A program made the translations under genes and the position numbers. The notes below the pieces were generated by a model. It worked only from the letters and a program-made list of their open reading frames with translations. It was not told the origin of the DNA and did not search any database. A stretch of 64,000 nucleotides of DNA from Obrimoposthia wandeli (taxonomy: Eukaryota): assembly GCA_977020255.1 (NCBI GenBank), contig CDROCS010006010.1, forward strand, positions 1 through 64,000, read 5' to 3'. The stretch's first letter is position 1; every line of letters begins with the position of its first letter. Positions 35,165 through 47,100 of the stretch are shown one piece after another.

Positions 35165-35615
35165 CACCACCCACCGACTTACACCTACCACCCACCGACT
35201 TTCACCCAACACCCATCGACTTTCACCCACCACCCAACACCCACCGACTTTCAACCACCACTCATTGACTTACACCAACCACCCACCTACTTTCACCCAT
35301 CACCCACCGACTTATACCTACCACCCACCGACTTTCACCCAACACCCATCGACTTTCACCCACCACCCAACACCCACCGAGTTTCACCCACCACTCATTG
35401 ACTTACACCTACCACCCACGACTTACACCCACCACCCACCAATTTATCCCCACCACCCACTGACTTTCACCCATCACCCGTCGACTTTCACCCATCACCC
35501 ACCGACTTTCACCCATCACCCAACGACTTTCAGCCATCACCCACCGACTTTCACCCATCACCCAACGACTTTCAGCCAACATCCAACGACTTACACCCAC
35601 CGTCCAACACCCAAC
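35165..35615. repeat. C/A-rich subterminal minisatellite, shorter copy
   Basis: Same unit as 20830-21900. Confidence 0.95.
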
Positions 35616-35805
35616 ACCCATGGAAATATGTGATATTGGCTCCATCCGAAAGGCGCGAAAAATGGTTTTGTCCTTTAAAACCGTGCATGTGTGTGGAGCA
35701 AAATTTCACTCCACACACCTACAGGAAATTTTACTCCACACACTTGCACGGTTTTATAGGACAGAGGGGAAGGGGTGTGGATTAGACCAGACACATCCAC
35801 CTACT

Positions 35806-37620
35806 AGCTTCCTGTTACAAATCATCAATTATTATTACATCTTCTTTTTTCAATCTTTCACACCAATTCGCATCAAATCCTTCAATAAATTTTATTCCCT
35901 TCAACTTGCAAACGTATGTTTGGGTTAATCCACTTTCACCTCCTTCACCATAATGCCAATAAATATTTTTGAAACTAGAATTGAAAATAGATTCATTTTG
36001 CAACAATTTACATACGAATTGTGTCTTTCCACTTCTACTGGGACCAACTATTTGAAATACAGAATTATTATTTAGCTCCATTACATATACTCTTTCATAT
36101 TTAATATTGTTTTTATTATCATAGAAGTTTCCTTATTTAAAATTATAATGCCAGATCTACAGTAGATGAAATACAAAAATTAATTTATGAATATTTGGCT
36201 ATAATTTTATTTATTTGCGTTCGATTTCTAAATTCTCGAATAACGTGTGATCTAACCAATATTTCAATATTATTTCTTGTTGTATCATTAGTTTTTTAAT
36301 TCTGATAAAATTTATTTCACCTCTATTTTTCCTGAAAAAAAATTCGTAGACAAGAGAATCCACTTCATTGTCGGTATTTATAGTATAATTCATTTGAAAC
36401 AATTATTAATTGAAATAGGTTTGTTTATAGAAAAGATAACAAATTGTAATAAAAAATATTTTCTAAAATCGATTCAAGAGTGTATTGATAATTCAAATTT
36501 TTCAATCCCAAGATCAAAACTTTACTACCAGAAAATATTTTTACACATGGCAGTGTAAGCTTCAAATACCTGAGAGCAGGAAAATTTTCATATTCAAACA
36601 TGCATTCTTCTTTCATTTTCTCTGCAATTTTATAAAGATTTACTGGTTTCCCGATATGTATTTGATATTATGAAAATTGATTTTAATTCCAAATGGTAAA
36701 TTGATCTCATTCAGCGGTGTTATGCATCCCATAACACGACACTTCCTAAATAAATTCAATATGAAAATGAAATAAAAACTAACCTGAAAAAAACCCTGTG
36801 AAACCATCAAACATTTTCACATATTGTTTCGGCTTCCAATCATTGAATGGTACGTGCAAAATATAATCTTTTATTCTTCCTTTATAATTTATTATTACGG
36901 GTTTCATTAGACTAAAATAGTTTTTCTGTAAATTCTTCTTTACATATGTCTGAACCTGCTTTTTATTGCACAATTCTTTTAAATATTTTGCAAATATGGA
37001 TTTAGTTCAATCAAATTCAATAGTTTAGTTATGTTAACCAATGAGATGTATGTCTTTCATACAATTTAATATAAAAAGTGGAAAATAAATATCTAGTTAA
37101 AATTTTTACAACATCTGATATTGATCAATTGAAAAATATTTTAGGGTTTTCCATACCTGATTATGCATATGAAGGAAATTCTTTCCATCTTGAAACTGAT
37201 ACCAGTCTGGCTTTTAGAGATGACCTAGGATATTTGATTGTTCCAATTTTAGATGAAGAACTATAGAATATTTCAATACGTCTTAATGAATATTATGCTG
37301 ATGGTTATGAAAAAAATACAACATATGTGAACTCTGAGTGAAGCCAATATGGTGTTTTATATTTTATTATTTAAATTAATATTTTCTCCTAATAATACTA
37401 ATAATATGAGTATGGCGTACATATTTTTGTCCGAAGAAGCATAAAAATGTAGTCATACTCATACAAAATTATCATCTTAAATCTCGTCAACGGCTAGTCG
37501 ATGGGGTCAATATGGATTCCTGTGGTATTCTATACTAACTTTTAAGTTTCATCCTTGGAGGTAGGATGTGAAATTCATATAATTTCCCTCCATACACACA
37601 TGTATGATTTTAAAGAACAA
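35806..37620 (-). mobile_element. Duplicate of the outer-element segment (ATPase N-terminus 35815-36081, TBP-like 36425-36907 with intron 36746-36783, X2 at about 37078-37330)
   Basis: Colinear with 22114-23930. Confidence 0.85.
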
Positions 37621-38330
37621 AGGTTGTTTTTGTAATTATTTGTAGACTTTGACTTAATCGTCTTTTTGGGATACAGATATCGCGACAAAATGTTACGATA
37701 GGCAAGATTAAACGTTGAATCGATGATGACCAGTTCTGTCTAGAACTTGTTGAATTTACTAATAAATTTATACCACTTTTTTGATAATTAAATTTCGAAT
37801 TTACAACAACAAAAAATTATATAAATTGTCATTCTTTATAAATATTGTATTTGTATTTTTATATCCGACATCAATTATGAAATACTTTGGTGATAATTAT
37901 ATTTTTTGTAGTCAAAGATGATATGAGAAAATTTTAGCTGCATTGGTCTTTTGAGCAGTTGGAACTATTTACCCACCTGAGTTTTAGTGGATATAAAAAA
38001 ATGAAATGTTACAGACGATTCCCTTAAAGAAGTAAATAAACAAGATTCATGAAATTTTATTAAAAAAAGATAAAATAAAATCTTCTTTCATGATGGGTGA
38101 TAAAAATATACGTTCTTTGTCATTTATAGTTGTCGACAATGTAGAAAAATGTATAGAAAAATATCTAAGTTCAGAAAAACATGAAAAATCTTTATAAAAC
38201 AAATCAATTGAGTTCTTGAAATTTTGATGTGCAATCTCAAAACATGAAACATAATTGAAATACAATCTATTTAATAGATTATCAGGATTTATTCTCGTTA
38301 AAACTGGTTATCTTATAAAAAACAAGATTA

Positions 38331-41184
38331 TTATCTTAGATCCTCATCAGTTGCTCGTTCTTCTTCACACTGATCATCAGCTGGAGATTCAGATTCTTCT
38401 CCTAGATCCTCATCAGTTGCTCGTTCCTCTTCACACTGATTGTCAGCTGGAGACCCTGCTTGTTCTTCTAGATCCTCATCAGTTGATCGTTCTTCTTCAC
38501 ACTGATCATCAGCTGGAGATCCGTCTTGTTCTTCTAGATCCTCATCAGTTGCTCGTTCTTCTTCAAACTGATCGTCAGCTGGAGACCCGGCTTGTTCTCT
38601 TAGATCCTCATCAGCTGCTTGTTCTTCTTCACACTGATAAGCAGCTGGAGATTCAGATTCTTCTCCTAGATCCCCATCAGTTGCTCGTTCCTCTTCACAC
38701 TGATTGTCAGCTGGAGATCCGTCTTGTTCTTCTAGATCCTCATCAGTTGCTCGTTCTTCTTCAAACTGATCGTCAGCTGGAGACCCGGTTTGTTCTCTTA
38801 GATCCTCATCAGTTGCTCGTTCTTCTTCACACTGATCATCAGCTGGAGATTCAGATTCTTCTCCTAGATCCTCATCAGTTGCTCGTTCCTCTTCACACTG
38901 ATTGTCAGCTGGAGATCCGTCTTGTTCTTCTAGATCCTCATCAGTTGCTCGTTCTTCTTCAAACTGATCGTCAGCTGGAGACCCGGCTTGTTCTCTTAGA
39001 TCCTCATCAGCTGCTTGTTCTTCTTCACACTGATAAGCAGCTGTATATTCAGATTCTTCTCCTAGATCCACATCAGTTTCTTGTTCTTCAGCAAACTGAT
39101 CGTCAGCTAGAGACCCTGCTTGTTCTTCTAGATCCTCATCAGTTGCTCGTTCTTCTTCACACTGATCGTCAGCTGGAGACCCGGCTTGTTCTCTTAGATC
39201 CTCATCAGTTGCTCGTTCTTCTTCACACTGATCATCAGCTGGAGATTCAGATTCTTCTCCTAGATCCTCATCAGTTGCTCGTTCCTCTTCACACTGATTG
39301 TCAGCTGGAGATCCGTCTTGTTCTCTTAGATCCTCATCAGCTGCTTGTTCTTCTTCACACTGATAAGCAGCTGTATATTCAGATTCTTCTCCTAGATCCA
39401 CATCAGTTTCTTGTTCTTCAGCAAACTGATCGTCAGCTAGAGACCCTGCTTGTTCTTCTAGATCCTCATCAGTTGCTCGTTCTTCTTCACACTGATCATC
39501 AGCTGGAGATTCAGATTCTTCTCCTAGATCCACAGCAGTTTCTTGTTCTTCAGCAAACTGATCGTCAGCTAGAGACCCTGCTTGTTCTTCTAGATCCTCA
39601 TCAGTTGCTCGTTCTTCTTCACACTGATCATCAGCTGGAGATTCAGATTCTTCTCCTAGATCCACATCAGTTTCTTGTTCTTCAGCAAACTGATCGTCAG
39701 CTAGAGACCCTGCTTGTTCTCCTAGATCCTCATCAGCTGCTTGTTCTTCTTCACACTGATCAGCAGCTGCATATTCAGATTCTTCTCCTAGATCCACAGC
39801 AGTTTCTTGTTCTTCAGCAAACTGATCGTCAGCTAGAGACCCTGCTTGTTCTTCTAGATCCTCATCAGTTGCTCGTTCTTCTTCACACTGATCGTCAGCT
39901 GGAGACCCGGCTTGTTCTCTTAGATCCTCATCAGCTGCTTGTTCTTCTTTACACTGATAAGCAGCTGTATATTCAGATTCTTCTCCTAGATCCACATCAG
40001 TTTCTTGTTCTTCAGCAAACTGATCGTCAGCTAGAGACCCTGCTTGTTCTTCTAGATCCTCATCAGTTGCTCGTTCTTCTTCACACTGATCATCAGCTGG
40101 AGATTCAGATTCTTCTCCTAGATCCACAGCAGTTTCTTGTTCTTCAGCAAACTGATCGTCAGCTAGAGACCCTGCTTGTTCTCCTAGATCCTCATCAGTT
40201 GCTCGTTCTTCTTCAAACTGATCGTCAGCTGGAGACAAAGCTTGTTCTGTTAGAACTTTGTCAGTTGCTCGTTCTTCTTCACACTGATCGTCAGCTAGAG
40301 ACGAAGCTTGTTCTGCTAGATCTTCGTCAGTTGCTTGTTCTTCCTCAAACTGATCGTCAGATGGAGACCCATCTTGTTTTCCTAGATCTTCATCAGTTGC
40401 TCGTTCTTTTTCATACTGATCATAAGCTGGAAACACTATAACAGCTGGAACTGACGGATAGAAATTTTCTTTTTTGGCATCTTTATTGTTAATAAACATG
40501 AGCATCTGCATCGCACCTTCTTCATCCTTGGATTCATCTTCCGTATACAACGGTACTTCCTCTTCATATTCCTTTTTATCGTCCCAGTCCCTGATAACAG
40601 ATATCTTATTGTTAACTCTGTCTACTACCACACGAACCTCCACTTCTTCGTTTTTATCGTCACAGTCACTATCAAAATTTTTATCATTTTTCAGACTAAA
40701 CTCCACTCCCATTTCGATTGAACCAGCTCTACTTTTCAATTCTACTGAATTCAAATATTCTGCATCTACACAGTCATTCTCAGGGCCGGTCAGTTCACCA
40801 TCAAAACTAGTTTGCGTGACCAATATATTTCCCTCTGCATATCCAACATACCCAGCAACCGTAGATCTATCTACATTGTCAACAAAATCTTGTCCGCTGC
40901 CTTCAGATGGCATACTCCACTCAACTCCGTTGTCTACATCCTCATAGACTCCTGAAGGTCGCGCATTTGATTCTTGGTGGACCTCAAGCTTGTTCCTGTA
41001 TTTCTGATTGTCGTATTTGTCCTTAAAATCGCCCACCGCAAGCCCTGGCATGCCGTAATAACTTACACTTAGCCCACTTTCATAAGCTGATGGATTAGGA
41101 TGAAGTTCTTTTAGTATTGGTGTATCATGATCATTGGCTTCAACATTGTCGTCAATGGTTGCTTCATTACTGAGATGGAATGAT
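38331..41184 (-). CDS. Terminal exon: 950-aa acidic cytoplasmic tail with Tyr motifs and about 32 x 22-aa repeats
   Basis: Acceptor at 41185-41186; AYES, YYGM, VYEDV and EYEEE motifs; 66-bp repeat 38335-40430; AATAAA at 38288-38293 (minus strand). Confidence 0.8.
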
Positions 41185-44100
41185 CTAAAAATGAAAACTT
41201 CCGTTATACATTCAGTCACTTACACATACACAGTCAATCTCAGTCATAACCACAGTCACATTCATTTTCGAAATCACATTAACGGTCCCAGGCTCGGTCA
41301 GTCATAGTTACATAGCCACAGTAACATCCATAGTCACAGTGACATACATTTCTGTAATCAGTCACAGTCACACAGTCATACTGTCACAGTTACACAGTCA
41401 TAATGTCACAGGCACACAGTCATACTGTCACAGTCACACAGTCATACTGTCACAAACACAGTCATACTGTCACAAACACAGTCACACAGTCATACTGTCA
41501 CAATCACACAGTCATAATATCACAGTCACACAGTCATAATGTCACAGGCACACAGTCATAATGTCACAATCACACAATCATAATTTCACAGGCACACATC
41601 AAAATATCACAGACACACAGTCATAATGTCACAGTCACACAGTCATAATGTCACAGACACACAGTCATACTGTCTCAGTCACACAGTCATAATTTCACAG
41701 GCACACAGTCAAAATGTCACAGACACACAGTCATAATGTCACAGGCACACAGTCATACTGTCACAGGCACACATTCATAATGCCACAGTCACACAGTCAT
41801 AATGTCACAGTCACACAGTCAAAATGTCACAGACACACAGTCATACTGTCACAGTCACACAGTCATAATGTCACAGACACACAGTCATACTGTCACAGTC
41901 ACACAGTCATACTGTCACAGTCACACAGTCATAATGTCACAGGCACACAGTCATACTGTCACAGGCACACAGTCATAATGCCACAGTCACACAGTCATAA
42001 TGTCACAGTCACACAGTCAAAATGTCACAGACACACAGTCATACTGTCACAGTCACACAGTCATAATGTCACAGTCACACAGTCATAATGTCACAGGCAC
42101 ACAGTCATACTGTCACAGTCACACAGTCATACTGTCACAGTCACACAGTCATACTGTCACAGTCACACAATCATACTGTCACAGTCACACAGTCATAATG
42201 TCACAGTCACACAGTCATAATGTCACAGACACACAGTCATACTGTCACAGTCACACAGTCATAATGTCACAGTCACACAGTCATAATGTCACAGACACAC
42301 AGTCATACTGTCTCAGTCACACAGTCATAATTTCACAGGCACACAGTCAAAATGTCACAGACACACAGTCATAATGTCACAGGCACACAGTCATACTGTC
42401 ACAGGCACACATTCATAATGCCACAGTCACACAGTCATAATGTCACAGTCACACAGTCAAAATGTCACAGACACACAGTCATACTGTCACAGTCACACAG
42501 TCAAAATGTCACAGACACACAGTCATACTGTCACAGTCACACAGTCATAATGTCACAGACATACAGTCATACTGTCACAGTCACACAGTCATACTGTCTC
42601 AGTCACACAGTCATAATTTCACAGGCACACAGTCAAAATGTCACAGACACACAGTCATAATGTCACAGGCACACAGTCATACTGTCACAGGCACACATTC
42701 ATAATGCCACAGTCACACAGTCATAATGTCACAGTCACACAGTCAAAATGTCACAGACACACAGTCATACTGTCACAGTCACACAGTCATAATGTCACAG
42801 ACACACAGTCATACTGTCACAGTCACACAGTCATACTGTCACAGTCACACAGTCATACTGTCACAGGCACACAGTCATACTGTCACAGGCACACAGTCAT
42901 AATGCCACAGTCACACAGTCATAATGTCACAGTCACACAGTCAAAATGTCACAGACACACAGTCATACTGTCACAGTCACACAGTCAAAATGTCACAGAC
43001 TCACAGTCGTGACTGTCACAGTCACACAGTCATAATGTCACAGGCACACAGTCAAAATGTCACAGACACACAGTCATACTGTCACAGGCACACAGTCATA
43101 CTGTCACAGTCACACAGTCAAAATGTCACAGACACACAGTCATAATGTCACAGTCACACAGTCAAAATGTCACAGACACACAGTCAAAATGTCACAGACA
43201 CACAGTCATAATGTCACAGTCACACAGTCATAATGTCACAGTCACACAGTCAAAATGTCACAGACACACAGTCATAATGTCACAGTCACACAGTCAAAAT
43301 GTCACAGACACACAGTCAAAATGTCACAGACACACAGTCATAATGTCACAGGCACACAGTCATACTGTCACAGGCACACAGTCATAATGTCACAGGCACA
43401 CAGTCAAATAGGCCTTGCCTTGTACGCAGTTTTTTTCGGTTTATCCATAAAGCTACGCCACCGCCGATGAGACAAAGGCCAAAGAATATCCCAAGTACAC
43501 AACCGACAATTGTCCATGTCCCTGAAACAATTCGTATTTGATGTGAATAAACATTGGAAATAGCATTGAATCATCCACTTACAGGTTCCGGTTTGGAATT
43601 CATAACTGCCCGCTGTGAAGAATCCGTTTGGTGAGTATGCTCTAAAGGCAGTCCTAAATTGGAGTTACAATAATTAATCGTTGCACATTAGAAATTAGAA
43701 CTTATTCTGCACATTTTATTCTCCACTATCTAATGAAGTCATCTAAGAAACAAGGATATATTTTAATTTCCACATGATAATGAATGAGTAATTTCACATT
43801 CAGAAATAATGTTGATTGAAACATCTGAAATAAAGAAATTGACAGAAAGCAGTCATCCGCATTTGTGCTCTACATTAAAAGAGGTCGTATGCGTTATGCC
43901 CCCTTCAATTTGACAATGGCATCGGTTGATGTTCCCACATTAAATGTAAAGATAAACCATTCAAATACCGATTGCAGAGTCAGGGGGCCGGGTTGGCGTT
44001 GTGTGGGGCAACATTTTGATCAGACTATCCATCATTGGAGATATGGACGCTTTCATAATCCCGTCTCACTTGCCAAACAATCTCGGTGTCACATTGGCAA

Positions 44101-47100
44101 AACACTGCACAACACGACGTTTGTTGTTTAATAGGACAATATTGAGCGGAGTTTTGCATTGCTTCGAATATGCCAAGCGAAGTTACCAATGAAGTTACTT
44201 AAAAATACAATAAGTACAGAAGCATAAAGATGTTGATGGAAAATTTGAATTTTTATAATGAAAACAATTTATTGACTTTTTAATTTTTATTTTATAAGAA
44301 ATTTCCGAACATTCTTTGTATAAAAACGAACTAAAGTTATCTAGTAATGATCCAATCTTTCCGTTTATCACTATGTATAAATGTCATTTGCTGATAAAAA
44401 CATTTCCCATGTTTATTACCTAAATCACCAATTTTCTGGATAAAAATCTTAATGAGAATGAAAAATACAGTTTTAATGACATTCAACATCCAAGAATATC
44501 TTTACAAATTGCTTTAATAATTTCAACTCTATGCTTAGAAGAGGTAAAAATTTATTTATTTTTCATTTGACCAACTTTATCAAAATGTGAGATGATTATG
44601 ACAAGCATGCAAAGCCTAGGATTTATCTTTATCTCCAGTTGAACATGGGAAATAATTACAATTCGTTGATTATAAATTGCCATTTTGTGACCAAAATATA
44701 CAATTTTTAAGTATCAATGAAGCAAAAAATATTAAGACACTTTTATAATTGAATATAAGTATTTTATTAAAAATATTAGAAGTTATATTATTTTAAAATT
44801 ATGAGATTTATGAAAATTGACAAAAACGTATATAATATCATTTAACTTAAATTTAATAGGAGGTAGAAAATTTTCGAGAATATATTGAAATCAGCGCAAA
44901 AAATAGATTATTTTTTCATTACTAATAAATTTTGGATGAGTTTTAGATCGATGAATTTTTAAAATATATCTTCAATAACCAATAGTATTTGGAACATAGT
45001 CGTATCTGGAAAGGTGAATGATTAGAAGTACTGGCGAATAATGATTTTTCTTGAATGAAAGAACTTCAAAGGGACCTTTAAAATGCGATTGATTGTTTGC
45101 TCCATTTCTTCCACATCGATTTTGATACATCAAGCTAACTTTGTCGCCAATCTTATTTTCAAAATTGGTTGTCTCAAGGTCGACAATCTCATCTCAAATG
45201 TTAATCATGGAATGGACCCAATCATTATATGATACGTCTTCATTAGGGTTACCTGGGCATTTTGAAGTGCAAAATTTGTGTACGAATTGAAATTAAAATA
45301 GGGTGTAAAACATCTGGCAAAAGATTCTACTACCCTCTTTCCCATTATTCGATTGTTCCTCTCTGTCAGTATGTTAGCCTGCTCCTGAAACACTGATGCT
45401 ACTGGCTGTTGACTCTTTCAGAAATGCTGCTCACAAATTCTCCTCCATGATCATTGATCTGAACATCTACAGCACATGAATGTCTACATACAATATATTC
45501 GAATATAAATTCCATAACCAAATCCGCAGTCTCACCCCTAATGCTCTAGGCCCAGGTTGTTTAGTAAAATAGTCCACAGCAAGAACACAGCATTTATAGC
45601 CATCATCAGTTCAGGTCCATTTTTTGTTGATTCCAATCTGGTGCTTTGGACGGTTCAAACTTCTGCGGGCGTCATTCCGATGTAGAGGGATTTAAATGTA
45701 TTTGCTGGCAAATATCGCAAATATCTCGTACATCAACTTTCAGACCCCTTCAAATATGTTAATGTGCAACTAAATCCTAGGTTTATCGCCTCGATGGTCT
45801 GCCATAACCATCCTCGTGGTACAGCCTAACATTTTCTTTTTACGCATAAGTTGATACTACGATCCTCAATCATCTTTACATTATTTTAAATTTGTTTAAT
45901 TTCAGACCCCTTATTTAACATTTGTGCTCATAATTATTAAAAATATCATTTAGATACTTAGAAATATTTCAATTCAATTTAGAGGCCAAGAAGACTTTTG
46001 GTACTTAAAATCTGTGATAATTTAGAATAAAAGACTTAAATTAAACTAATGTGCTTCAACAGAAAATTTAACAGCTGCATAAACTTTCCAAGAGCATTAT
46101 TTTTAACCCTCGTTGATTATACGATTGAGAACAATCAACTCACAGTACTTTTAACCCTTCTCGCTTGTTTGAAGATGTGTATCTTTGGAAGATAAAGAGT
46201 GAGATCGAATATTGCTAAACCATCGTGCAGCTGGAATTTTGCCATAACCAAATATATATAGCTTGTTTAACTTATATTTTATTAAAAATGTATTTGTAGA
46301 ATGAATGTGAATTGGGATGTTTTATAAATGTCTGGATGGATCAGTATTTGGGATATTTTTTACCATACAAGGATTGGTGTTTTGTATTTTTCTGATGTAC
46401 TGATTTGTGTTGAAAATGCAATTGTTTCATTTTGATTGTGAATGTGTCACTGAATGTGAATTTAAGCGGGAAAATATGACTTGTTTACCTTGCAATAAAG
46501 TGGCGATGAACAGCAAATTAACGAAGACACTTGGAACAAAATCTCACAAGAGATAAAGACATTTGCCTATTATTTTAGAGATAGCCCATGCATTATGTGC
46601 CTGGCTATCCTGGACCTTCCTCAATGGCAAAAATCGAGTCTCACCTGTATTTTGTGTTTGATTTCAAAGGTCCATTGCAGTAGTAGCCCTTGTATTCACA
46701 ACCGTCTTCCTTGCCCAGGGTGAATAATTGGTCCTGGAATCCGCGGTTTGAGGTGGCATTTGTCATGGCCTTTGCCACAGCATTTGCCTTATTTAGTATG
46801 GACAATTTGTGGTTGACGCGAATTTCGTATATACAATCTGATGTAGCGCCTTTGCAGCTGGAGTAATCCTGGGATGTTTATAAGGTGGTCATTGGGGTAG
46901 GTGATGAAAATGTTTATACACTACAATTAGACAAAACACAAAGCCAATTAAAAATGACAATAATGTACAAAAAACCCAAAGTTAATTGATTTCAAAATAA
47001 TCAATTTTAAAAAGTTGAGTCTGAAACATTTGTTGATACAAAATGGAAATCAAGCAATTATATCCAGTCTAGAAGACTTTAAAATGTGATACGAAGAAGG

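Larger units (their letters stand above)
29309..35805 (+). mobile_element. Duplicated right half of the Maverick (pVI-like to right TIR)
   Basis: Copy of 14975-22113; terminus CCTACT at 35805 followed by AGCTTC. Confidence 0.92.
29309..45545. repeat. Tandem segmental duplication, unit 2 (16,237 bp; length differences lie mainly in the three internal tandem repeats)
   Basis: Starts with sequence matching 14975 and ends ...CCCTAATGCT at 45545. Confidence 0.92.

Noticed and set aside
41339-43470. Many SHSHTV-type ORFs (also 26725-27105)
   Set aside because: Artefacts of the 22-bp satellite, which lies in an intron of the minus-strand gene.
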